NCBI GenBank assembly: GCA_963977445.1
Contig: CAXBPH010000094.1
Location: 1-22,726, forward strand
Direction: 5' to 3'
Length of the DNA: 22,726 nucleotides
Source: an uncultured bacterium
Lineage (GTDB): Bacteria > Hydrogenedentota > Hydrogenedentia > Hydrogenedentales > JAEUWI01
Under the pieces are notes generated by a model. The model saw only the letters and a program-made list of their open reading frames with translations, was not told the DNA's origin and did not search any database. The first letter of the stretch is position 1; the number at the start of each line of letters is the position of its first letter. Below are positions 9,872 to 18,078 of the stretch, piece by piece. Made by a program: the position numbers and the translations under genes.

Positions 9872-10912
9872 TCAGAGCTTGATATAGATTCGTCGGCGCT
9901 GCATCCACAGGGCCAACGCCGCAAAGCAACCGTAGAACAGGAGAAATCCAACGATTCCCACCGGCAGCGACATGGCGGGCATGTCAAAACCTTCCAGCAC
10001 ATCCAGCAGGAGCGATTGGAGTATATAGATGAAGAGCGGGTTCATACCGACTGCGGCAAAGGTGGGAATAGAGAATCCAAACTTGTCGCAAACTACATAA
10101 AAGGCCAGCAACTGGAGAAAGCAGAGCCCCGTCGCCCAGAGTGGAAAGGGCGCGGTCATGTAGTAGGCCGAAATCGCCCATTCCGGCTTGGTCTCTCCCC
10201 AGGGCACGTGAAGGGCGTAGCCCAAGGCGCAGAGACCCAATCCCCAGCCGACACAGCCCGCGATAAACTTCTTTTCGTCTCTCGCAGCGAGCAAGTCATA
10301 GGCCAGGGTGCCAAACAACAACATCATGCACCAACTCAGCGGGCCCAAGGGTCCACCGTTAATCCGTACATCAAAGAGTTCGCCATGGAGGGGAATGAGT
10401 CGCACGATAAGGTGGGAGTCGATCGCCGGTATGCCGTCCACGCGCATGATCCAATCGCCATAAAAGGAATACATGACGATAAGCTGGTACAACCCAACGA
10501 GCACAAAGGCCGCCAAAACGCGCACCTGGGGCTTCTTATCGATCACCCACACGGCAAGGAGACCGGCCAGGCCGATATCCATGAGGGCATCCCAGAGCCA
10601 CCCCGCATAGATGGCAAAGGCAATGAGCACGAGGGTCCCATAGCGCTTGATCATGGCCTTCCGTGCAGACCCGGCATCACTGTGGGCGCTTCGACGAATC
10701 CAGGACAAGCGCATGCCCATCCCTACGACAAAAAGGAACAAGGGTGCGATGGTGTCGGCGTAGGTGAAAAAATCGCGGTGGTGGGAAATCTGCTCGTGGG
10801 AAAGGCCGAAAAGTCCCTTGGCGTTGACCACAAGCATGCCGAAAATAGCATAACCCCGAAGCTGGTCGATAGCCGAAATGCGCTGGGGCCCATCCTTTGT
10901 CGTCTCGCTCAT
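9872..10912 (-). CDS. Heparan-alpha-glucosaminide N-acetyltransferase (HGSNAT/DUF5009-like) integral membrane protein
   Basis: RISAIDQLRG...MLVVN, TYADTIAPLFLFVVG, GMNPLFIY and terminal RRRIYIKL motifs, with many hydrophobic helices. Start taken at ATG 10912 after AAGGGA. Confidence 0.82.
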   Translation of the reverse strand: MSETTKDGPQRISAIDQLRGYAIFGMLVVNAKGLFGLSHEQISHHRDFFTYADTIAPLFLFVVGMGMRLSWIRRSAHSDAGSARKAMIKRYGTLVLIAFAIYAGWLWDALMDIGLAGLLAVWVIDKKPQVRVLAAFVLVGLYQLIVMYSFYGDWIMRVDGIPAIDSHLIVRLIPLHGELFDVRINGGPLGPLSWCMMLLFGTLAYDLLAARDEKKFIAGCVGWGLGLCALGYALHVPWGETKPEWAISAYYMTAPFPLWATGLCFLQLLAFYVVCDKFGFSIPTFAAVGMNPLFIYILQSLLLDVLEGFDMPAMSLPVGIVGFLLFYGCFAALALWMQRRRIYIKL

Positions 10913-10998
10913 AACAAGAAAATTTCCCTTCGTGGTCGCGGCGCACACAGAGAGGGCACCAGCATCGCTTCTGAAAATCCCCCGACGGTCTTCGCAAT

Positions 10999-12819
10999 TT
11001 ACTCGGCAGGCAAGGCGCTGATCAAGTCGGCCGCCACCTGCACGAAGAGTTCGCTATGCCCCGTTTCCTTGTTATAGCGACCCGTCACCGTATCCAGATG
11101 GCTCCAACCGGGCCAAATGCGGATGCGCTCGGGGTCACCCAGGGTATGGGCGGCAATCACCTCCATATCGGGCTGAAACGGAAGCACGGGAACCCGCCAA
11201 CCCAGCACTTCTCGGGTCTTATAGACCGGTTGGGTCTCCCGACCGTCGAGCATCAATTGACTCTGCAGTGGGATGAAGCCATCGCCCATTCGATAGGTGC
11301 TCACGGGCCAGTCTGCCCCGGCGGAGGGCACAAAGCCCATAACCACATTAATGAGGCGAAGGGAGCTATTCTCAAACCGGTTGTCGGCAGCATCCACCAC
11401 GCCATCACCGGCACGGAGCAACATGTCCAACCATCCCCGGCCACGATAGAGATAGCTACCGTAGAGGAAGAATTTGTCCATGTAGAGATCGCCCCGTAGT
11501 TCCGGCGTAATATGCTCCATGCCGCCACAGTAAGTTTCCAGTTGTACCTGCGGATCAAAGGTTGTGTCTTCTTTGAAATCCGGCAGCGTGCGTGCCCAGG
11601 AAACGTTGCCGTCCCGGGGCGATAAGACGCGCTCCGTGGGACCGGTCTCTCCCGTCCAGGTACTGAAGCGTCGAAACGGAATACCGGCACCACCCGCCTC
11701 GTCATAGTTGATCCAGCCCATATCCAGATCGCTCTGCGCGGCGAGTGAAATATAGTTGGACGTGATGGCATCCTCCGCCAGGCGTTCGCCTATATTCGGG
11801 GTGAGCAATCCAAAACGGGAGGCGGTGAGACGGAGCCATTCGGGGGTTGCCCAGGGCGTTCCCATGTGGGGTCCACCGAGCGTAACCACCCCCGCCACCC
11901 GATCACCGTAGTCGGGAAAATTTATCATGAAGGCCCGCGCTTTGAGGGCACCGTGGCTGTTGGTAATGATAGAAAAGGGTCCCGTTGCCGGAAATTTGAA
12001 TACTTCCTTGCCCGTTGGACGTCCCGTTTCCGTGGCCTCTTCCAGGAAACGATAGAGGTAGGCAATGATGCTCTCTTCGAAGTCGGGACAATCGGGATCA
12101 AAGCCAATGGGGGCGTTGATGCCCGTCATGGGATGAGAAAAATTCCAGAGCTGATAGTGGCTTCGAAAGGTCGTGGCCTCGGGGCTGAAGCGTACCCAAT
12201 CGGTAAACTCTGCCCATCGGTCGGTGCCGGCACCATGTATCAAGAGCAGTGGAACCGGTCCAACGGCCTCATTGGGTGCCGCACGATAGAGTTGCCAGGC
12301 CCCCTTGAATTCCGGGCCCGCCTGGGGCGTCGGGAGATAGGGAAACACGGCCTTGCCTTCGCCCGCAAACTGCGGCTCGTGGACCACAAATTCCCCCGGC
12401 CAACGCACATCAATTTGCCAGTAATTACCAACCGACTTGGGCGGTGTTGCGGATTCGACAAAAAGACCGGGCTCGACACGGCGGTAGATTGAAAGAGATC
12501 GCCCTTCAGGATGTTTGGGAATGAAGATCTGAAGGGGCTCGGGGCCATGCCCGGTAACGTCCACATAATGCCGTATCACCGCGCCCTCGGTGATTTCACC
12601 CACCAACGTCGCGGGGTCCAGCGAGCGCACCTGCACCTGAAAGCCACCGGCCACAATCCCGTCGGCCGTCGCACTTCGCAGGCCCATCGTCGTTGCCCAG
12701 GCGGCCTGCACCTCGGCCACCGTCGCCGAGCCCTCGTGAAGGGTTTCGTGAAAGGTTCGTTCAATGTCGGTAACCGCACCCATCACGGGCAACAGGGTAA
12801 GTAGTATTGAAGAAAGCAT
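10999..12819 (-). CDS. Exported alpha/beta-fold hydrolase (PGAP1/lipase-like) with uncharacterised N-terminal region
   Basis: Hydrophobic N-terminus, PLLLIHGAG, IITNSHGALKA (variant nucleophile elbow), VVTLGGPHMGTPWA, GDGFIP and WSHLD. Start taken at ATG 12819 after AGGA; GTG 12855 is also possible. Confidence 0.7.
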   Translation of the reverse strand: MLSSILLTLLPVMGAVTDIERTFHETLHEGSATVAEVQAAWATTMGLRSATADGIVAGGFQVQVRSLDPATLVGEITEGAVIRHYVDVTGHGPEPLQIFIPKHPEGRSLSIYRRVEPGLFVESATPPKSVGNYWQIDVRWPGEFVVHEPQFAGEGKAVFPYLPTPQAGPEFKGAWQLYRAAPNEAVGPVPLLLIHGAGTDRWAEFTDWVRFSPEATTFRSHYQLWNFSHPMTGINAPIGFDPDCPDFEESIIAYLYRFLEEATETGRPTGKEVFKFPATGPFSIITNSHGALKARAFMINFPDYGDRVAGVVTLGGPHMGTPWATPEWLRLTASRFGLLTPNIGERLAEDAITSNYISLAAQSDLDMGWINYDEAGGAGIPFRRFSTWTGETGPTERVLSPRDGNVSWARTLPDFKEDTTFDPQVQLETYCGGMEHITPELRGDLYMDKFFLYGSYLYRGRGWLDMLLRAGDGVVDAADNRFENSSLRLINVVMGFVPSAGADWPVSTYRMGDGFIPLQSQLMLDGRETQPVYKTREVLGWRVPVLPFQPDMEVIAAHTLGDPERIRIWPGWSHLDTVTGRYNKETGHSELFVQVAADLISALPAE

Positions 12820-13012
12820 GACATATCCTGCAAAAGCTCGACTCGGGCACTTCACGGGCGATTTCCCCTATGGGGTAGATCCCGCTGGTCTCAGAAATCG
12901 GCACCGACGATTCGATGGAGACCCCGGGCGCGTTACCCTATGGATTCGCGCCGTACCGACTCATTATGTCATGTCATAAATGAGGGAACAACCGAACGTG
13001 TAGAAGCACAGG

Positions 13013-14113
13013 CTATCGCAGCAAACCACCGCGACCGGTGCTCAGACGAATCCCCTGGAGCATCATATTAAGCTCTTCGGGATTGTCCGATATCTCCAGG
13101 CCTACTTCCAGCGTAACCAGTTCTTTCTTGATCAGGTCGTGAAGACTGTCATTGAAGCCCTGCATGCCCGATTCCCGGCCGTTGCTGATGGCGTTATCCA
13201 TCTGAACGATACGGTTTTCCTTAATAAGTGCCCGGATTCCAGGATTGGTAAACATGATTTCGCAATTGGGAACACGGCCCGTTCCATCGGCCCGGGCAAG
13301 CAAGCGCAGGCACATGACGGCACGTAAATTCATGGCCAGCTGCGAGCGGACCTGATCGTGCTGATTGGAAGGAAAGAGATCGATAATACGGTCAATCGTC
13401 AACATGACATTGGTCGTGTGGAGGGTGCTGAACACCAGGTGGCCGGTTTCAGAAGCACTGATAGCCGCCTGAAAGGTTTCCAGGTCGCGCATTTCGCCAA
13501 CCAGAATTACGTCGGGATCCTGACGCATAACGGCTTTCAGGGCCGAAGAGAAATCTTTGGTATCGATTGTAATTTCGCGCTGATTGATTACCGCCTTGCG
13601 ATCCGCATGAACAAATTCGATGGGATCCTCAATGGTCACCACGTGGCACTGTCGGTTGCTGTTGATGTGGTCAATAATCGCCGCGAGGGCGGTGGATTTA
13701 CCGCTACCCGTCGTTCCAGTCACCAATACCAGCCCACGCTGCATCGTAGCAAATCGATTTACGGCGAGGGGCAGATTCAATTGATCGATGGTGAGAATTT
13801 TGGCCTTAATACGGCGCATCACCAGGGAGACGGAACCGCGCTGACGAAATATATTTACACGAAATCGACCCACACCCTTTTCGGTGAAGGCCAAATCCAA
13901 ATCGCCCCGCTTCATGAAAAAATCTTTTTGTTCCGGACTCATGAGGATATCGAGCATGTTATCGATATCTTCACCCAGCAAGGGTTCCCCCTCCTGGCTC
14001 AATATCTGACCGTCCACCCGAAAGTAGACGCAACTGCCGGTTTTCAAGTGGATGTCGGATGCATCTTTCTGCACCGCACGCTGGAGAAGTTTCAGAAACA
14101 GCTGTTTGTCCAT
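13013..14113 (-). CDS. pilT: Type IV pilus retraction ATPase, PilT/PilU family
   Basis: ASDIHL, GRFRVNIFRQRG, Walker A GTTGSGKST, Asp box TIEDPIE, Walker B RQDPDVILVGEMRD, His box TGHLVFSTLH and an AIRNLIRE-like GIRALIKE. PilT versus PilU paralog type is not resolved. Confidence 0.93.
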   Translation of the reverse strand: MDKQLFLKLLQRAVQKDASDIHLKTGSCVYFRVDGQILSQEGEPLLGEDIDNMLDILMSPEQKDFFMKRGDLDLAFTEKGVGRFRVNIFRQRGSVSLVMRRIKAKILTIDQLNLPLAVNRFATMQRGLVLVTGTTGSGKSTALAAIIDHINSNRQCHVVTIEDPIEFVHADRKAVINQREITIDTKDFSSALKAVMRQDPDVILVGEMRDLETFQAAISASETGHLVFSTLHTTNVMLTIDRIIDLFPSNQHDQVRSQLAMNLRAVMCLRLLARADGTGRVPNCEIMFTNPGIRALIKENRIVQMDNAISNGRESGMQGFNDSLHDLIKKELVTLEVGLEISDNPEELNMMLQGIRLSTGRGGLLR

Positions 14114-15390
14114 CAGTTATTTTTCCTCATCCGCTTTCGCAGGAATGCCGGAATTCCGAGATCTTCTTCAGGTTCCGCCGCTTCAGATTTTCCGTTGTTG
14201 ACCAACGGCTCCTCAGGAAAGAGGATTTGTTCCCCAGGTTCGGTGGGTTCTTCGGAATAGGTCGCCTCGCTTTCGGCAACCGGAGACAATTCCTCTTCAG
14301 GCTCCGTGGGGGAGTAAATGGAAATCTGTTCTCGGTGAGAAGGACGCTTCCGGGGCAAGGGCGGCGGATGAACTTCCCGCTGATAGGCGGAACCGTCGGA
14401 GGAAAGAAACTCTTCCGAGACGCCCTTCGGGAAGCCGGCCGCGATTACGGTCACCTGCAACTCGGGTCGTTCCTGCTCATCTACCACGGCACCAAATATA
14501 ATGTTGGCATCGGGATGGGCCGATTCTTTTACGGTCGTTACCGCGTCTTGTACTTCGCGCATACCGATGTCACAGCCCCCCTTGATGTTGACGATGACGC
14601 CCATGGCACCATTAATATTTGATTGCTCCAGCAGGGGACAGATGATGGCTTCCTGGGCCGCCCGAACCGCGCGATCTTCGCCTTCGGCCGATCCAATACC
14701 CATCAGGGCACGACCTCGGGCCTGCATGATGGTTCGCACGTCGGCGAAATCCAGGTTTATCAGTCCCGACACCGTAATCAGCTCGGAAATCGCCCGAACG
14801 CCGTTGTGAAGGACTTCGTCGGCATTCTTAAAGGCGTTGAGCAAGGACATGTTGTTCTGGCACAACGTAGCCACACGGTCGTTGGGCACCACGATGAGGG
14901 TATCCACATACTGCTCCAGCTCGGAAAGACCGTTGAGGGCGGTAATCATGCGCTCCTTGCCTTCAAAACTGAAGGGCAAGGTGACGATAGCCACCGTAAG
15001 AGCCCCGTTGCTGGAAGCTTCCTGGGCCACAATCGGCGAAGCCCCGGTGCCGGTTCCGCCACCAAGTCCCGCCGTGAGAAAGACCATATCCGCACCGCTC
15101 AGTACTTCCTTGATCCGCTCCCGGTCTTCTTCGGCCGCGCGGGCACCTACACCTGGTTGCGCGCCTGATCCGAGCCCGCCGGTCAATTCAACACCCACCT
15201 GAAGTCGTGTGCCTGCTGGCGAACTCTTCAGCGCCTGGGCGTCCGTATTGACGGCAATAAAATCAACATCAGACATGCCCGCCTCGATCATCCGGCTTAC
15301 AGCGTTGCCGCCGCCACCGCCAATACCGCACACCTTAATTACAGCGCGCTGATCGAAAGATTGGAATTCGTCAGAAATTGATACCGTCAT
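14113..15390 (-). CDS. ftsZ: Cell division GTPase FtsZ
   Basis: IKVCGIGGGGGNAV, NTDAQAL, tubulin signature GGGTGTG, T7 loop INLDFADV, acidic linker and C-terminal core peptide LGIPAFLRK. GGGAG RBS. Confidence 0.99.
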   Translation of the reverse strand: MTVSISDEFQSFDQRAVIKVCGIGGGGGNAVSRMIEAGMSDVDFIAVNTDAQALKSSPAGTRLQVGVELTGGLGSGAQPGVGARAAEEDRERIKEVLSGADMVFLTAGLGGGTGTGASPIVAQEASSNGALTVAIVTLPFSFEGKERMITALNGLSELEQYVDTLIVVPNDRVATLCQNNMSLLNAFKNADEVLHNGVRAISELITVSGLINLDFADVRTIMQARGRALMGIGSAEGEDRAVRAAQEAIICPLLEQSNINGAMGVIVNIKGGCDIGMREVQDAVTTVKESAHPDANIIFGAVVDEQERPELQVTVIAAGFPKGVSEEFLSSDGSAYQREVHPPPLPRKRPSHREQISIYSPTEPEEELSPVAESEATYSEEPTEPGEQILFPEEPLVNNGKSEAAEPEEDLGIPAFLRKRMRKNN

Positions 15391-15527
15391 GAGTTATTCT
15401 CTCCCTGGATTCGGCGTCATGGTAGCACCCTGATTCCGCCGGGAACAATCCCGGTCTGTCGTCGTCGCGACGGATAAGGTCTAAATCATTCCAGGCTGAC
15501 CACCACATGGCGCAGCCCCGGTCGGTG

Positions 15528-16319
15528 TTAACGGCAGACCAGATCCTGGTCAAACCGGAGGTCTAGGTATTCCTGACAGGGGAGTTCCCCTTGTTTCTCG
15601 TGCCACAAGACACTGAGCCGCTCCGCCTGTCGCTTATAATCACTGCGCCCCCAACGAATTTCGTAGGGCGCTTCATCCCAAAACATGGTCAATTGCATCG
15701 GACCCTCTGCCGCGATCTCCGACAAGGTAATTTCTGTCGAAACGGGCGCCTCGGAAAAGGCCTGCCACAAGGACAGTGCCTCGTGGAGTGCCGGCGACGC
15801 GAGACGCTCGCCCGCAACGGGAATTCCCAAATCGGGAATACTCGTTATTAACGGCCCCGTAATGGGCGCGCCCGGCGCTATTTCGCGCAAGACAAATCCC
15901 GCGCCATCCACCAGATAGACCCGTCGCCCCGCCATCACCGTGGCCACCGCAGCACGTTCACGCAGGGTAATCACCAGGGTGTTGGGCAATTCCCGGCTGA
16001 CATCCGCCGCCGCCACATAGGGTAACTCAGATACATTGGCACTGACCGCCGCCGTGCTGACCAGCAGAAGATTGTCTTCCGTGGTAACACCCGCCGCCGA
16101 CCGAACCTGCTCAGGCGAAACTTTTACCGCACCGTACACCAGGATTTGTTTCACCTTATATCGGGGTGAATCAATGGTGTAGTGATAAAAGGCATACACG
16201 AATACCGCAAGAACACAAACGCAGCAAAATAATTCCATCGCGATGACGAGCTGGCGCAAGCGCTGTCGTCTCGGTGCTGGTCGTCGATTTCGCATCGAAT
16301 GTACCGGAGCCACAGGCAT
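15528..16319 (-). CDS. ftsQ: Cell division protein FtsQ/DivIB
   Basis: Basic cytoplasmic N-terminus, single TM helix, POTRA-like region (VKQILVYG...LPYVAAADVSRELPNTLVITLRER) and C-terminal YLDLRF. Lies between murC and ftsZ; its start overlaps the murC stop (TGATG). Confidence 0.9.
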   Translation of the reverse strand: MPVAPVHSMRNRRPAPRRQRLRQLVIAMELFCCVCVLAVFVYAFYHYTIDSPRYKVKQILVYGAVKVSPEQVRSAAGVTTEDNLLLVSTAAVSANVSELPYVAAADVSRELPNTLVITLRERAAVATVMAGRRVYLVDGAGFVLREIAPGAPITGPLITSIPDLGIPVAGERLASPALHEALSLWQAFSEAPVSTEITLSEIAAEGPMQLTMFWDEAPYEIRWGRSDYKRQAERLSVLWHEKQGELPCQEYLDLRFDQDLVCR

Positions 16320-17749
16320 CAGGCCGCTCCCAACGCGCGCATCAAGGGCGCGACGATTTGATTGATATCACCCGCACCGAGAATGACGACAATGTCACCC
16401 GCACGCACGATACCACTAAGATGGGCGGGTACGTCGTGCATGTTCCTGATAAGTTCAACGTGACGCGCACCATCGTTGTGCGCCGCATCCACCACCATCC
16501 CCGCGTCCACACCGGGTATGGGCGTTTCGCGAGACGGGTAAATATCCGTTACCACCGCCAGGTCCATTTGGGCCAATACGGCGGCGAATTCAACACAGAA
16601 ATATTTGGTCCGGCTGAAGAGGTGGGGCTGAAATACCCCCACGATACGACCGGGCTTCACCCAGCGAAGGGCCTCCAGGGTGCTGGCAATCTCCGTGGGA
16701 TGATGGGCATAGTCTTCCACAATCGATACGCCCCCCACGTCGCCGCAAATCTGAAGCCGACGTCGCACACCATCGAAATGTCGTAACCCCTCACTCAGGG
16801 CATTAAATCGCATGCCCAGGCAGAGGCCTACCGCGCAGGCGGCAAGGGCATTACGCACGTTATTCTCACCGAGGGCCTGAATCGTCACCGTGCCCAGGGA
16901 ACCGGGAGCACCAAGGCGATTATCATGGCAGATCACCTCAAAGCGGGTCGCCAGTCCTTCCAGACGTTTTCGAAGGGGCGATTCCGCAGGCTCAAGCAAG
17001 CGAATGTTTACGGCCTGAAGGGACATGCCCTCCGAAAGGCCGTAGGTTACCGTGACACTGTGCACATCGGAAAGTATTGCGGCACAATGGGGATCGTCCC
17101 CGCACAAGATGGCATAGCCGTAGAAGGGCACGCCGTTGCAGAATTCCGTAAAGGCCCGTTTAATGGCATCGATCGTGCCATAATACTCGAGATGCTCGGC
17201 ATCGATATTCGTTACGACGGCGATGGTCGGGTGCAGATGAAGAAAGGAACCGTCGTGTTCATCGGCCTCCGCCACCAGATAAGAACCGGTGCCCCACCGG
17301 GCGTTGGTGCCGCTGCGATGGAGAATGCCGCCTACAATACTGGTTGCACCGATATTGGCCACATCGAGAATCGCACTGATCATGGATGTCGTGGTCGTTT
17401 TACCGTGGGTACCGCCGACGGCCACCGCATTGGGCTTCAGGCGCATCAGATCCGCCAGCAATGCACTTCGGTGCATAACGGGGAGACTTTTTCCCCGAGC
17501 CGCGAGCACCTCTACATTGTCTTCAGAAACGGCGGCCGAAACGACCAGAATCTCTGCCTCACCAATGTTTTTTGCATCATGCCCCGTGAAAAAAGTCAGC
17601 CCAAGCTCCTGCAAACGGTCCGTGATTCCCGAACCTGCCATGTCGGAACCAGAAATACGGTGTCCCAGATTGAGCAGAATTTCCGCGAGACCACTCATAC
17701 CGATCCCGCCGACTCCGACGAAATGCACGCTACGCAACTGACCTGTCAT
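16319..17749 (-). CDS. murC: UDP-N-acetylmuramate--L-alanine ligase
   Basis: VHFVGVGGIGMSGLA, P-loop GTHGKTTT, VAEADEHDGSF, TNIDAEH, DYAHHPTEI, FQPHLFSRT and LGAGDI. ATG 17749 is preceded by a GGAAGGTG RBS. Confidence 0.97.
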   Translation of the reverse strand: MTGQLRSVHFVGVGGIGMSGLAEILLNLGHRISGSDMAGSGITDRLQELGLTFFTGHDAKNIGEAEILVVSAAVSEDNVEVLAARGKSLPVMHRSALLADLMRLKPNAVAVGGTHGKTTTTSMISAILDVANIGATSIVGGILHRSGTNARWGTGSYLVAEADEHDGSFLHLHPTIAVVTNIDAEHLEYYGTIDAIKRAFTEFCNGVPFYGYAILCGDDPHCAAILSDVHSVTVTYGLSEGMSLQAVNIRLLEPAESPLRKRLEGLATRFEVICHDNRLGAPGSLGTVTIQALGENNVRNALAACAVGLCLGMRFNALSEGLRHFDGVRRRLQICGDVGGVSIVEDYAHHPTEIASTLEALRWVKPGRIVGVFQPHLFSRTKYFCVEFAAVLAQMDLAVVTDIYPSRETPIPGVDAGMVVDAAHNDGARHVELIRNMHDVPAHLSGIVRAGDIVVILGAGDINQIVAPLMRALGAA

Positions 17750-17761
17750 ATCACCTTCCCT

Positions 17762-17777
17762 ACACAATATATTGTGG
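17762..17777. promoter_or_regulatory. Palindromic operator matching the NrdR-box consensus, directly upstream of the murC RBS
   Basis: ACACAATATATTGTGG contains a perfect 14-bp palindrome CACAATATATTGTG (17763-17776). It matches the NrdR consensus acaCwAtATaTwGtg as I recall it. Confidence 0.6.
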
Positions 17778-17935
17778 CTACGGTTATATTAGCAGAAGAC
17801 CGACCACAAATAAAGGAAAGTTCTTCCTATATTCCTGCCCGGGCCAGGCGCACAAAACGGGCACCACACGGATGGAAATGAGCCGGTTAATTATTGACGC
17901 TGCCTATATAGTGAATTAAGAATTCAAAATTCCTA

Positions 17936-17964
17936 TTGACACATGACGAAAAAAGCTATAAAAT
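17936..17964 (+). promoter_or_regulatory. Sigma70-type promoter driving the prepilin-like gene leader
   Basis: TTGACA (17936-17941), 17-bp spacer, TAAAAT (17959-17964). A weaker TTGACG-N17-TAAGAA lies at 17894-17922. Confidence 0.72.
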
Positions 17965-18026
17965 GCCTTATCGCTAACGACTCATGGTCTGGTCAAATTA
18001 TGGTTTGGGTCGTAAGCACAGCGCAA

Positions 18027-18078
18027 CAGTTGAATACGAAATCATTTCGGAAAGCTTCTGAAATATTTCGTTCCACTG
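18027..18078 (+). other. Long imperfect inverted repeat / hairpin in the putative 5' leader
   Basis: CAGT-T-GAA-TA-CGAAAT-C-ATTTCGGAA-AGC-TTCTGAAAT-ATTTCG-TTC-C-ACTG can form about 22 pairs, one of them G-U. Confidence 0.6.

Noticed and set aside
9734..11077. 447-aa plus-strand ORF
   Set aside because: It is the antisense shadow of the HGSNAT-like membrane gene, with no recognisable motif. Long antisense ORFs are expected opposite hydrophobic, GC-rich genes.
14150..14330. PTEP/EPEE repeats in the FtsZ linker as a tandem repeat feature
   Set aside because: This is an ordinary low-complexity acidic disordered linker of FtsZ, with no clean nucleotide-level repeat.
15371..15553. 60-aa ORF bridging ftsQ and ftsZ as a possible ftsA remnant
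   Set aside because: It has no actin-like ATPase motif or resemblance to FtsA, and it overlaps both neighbours.
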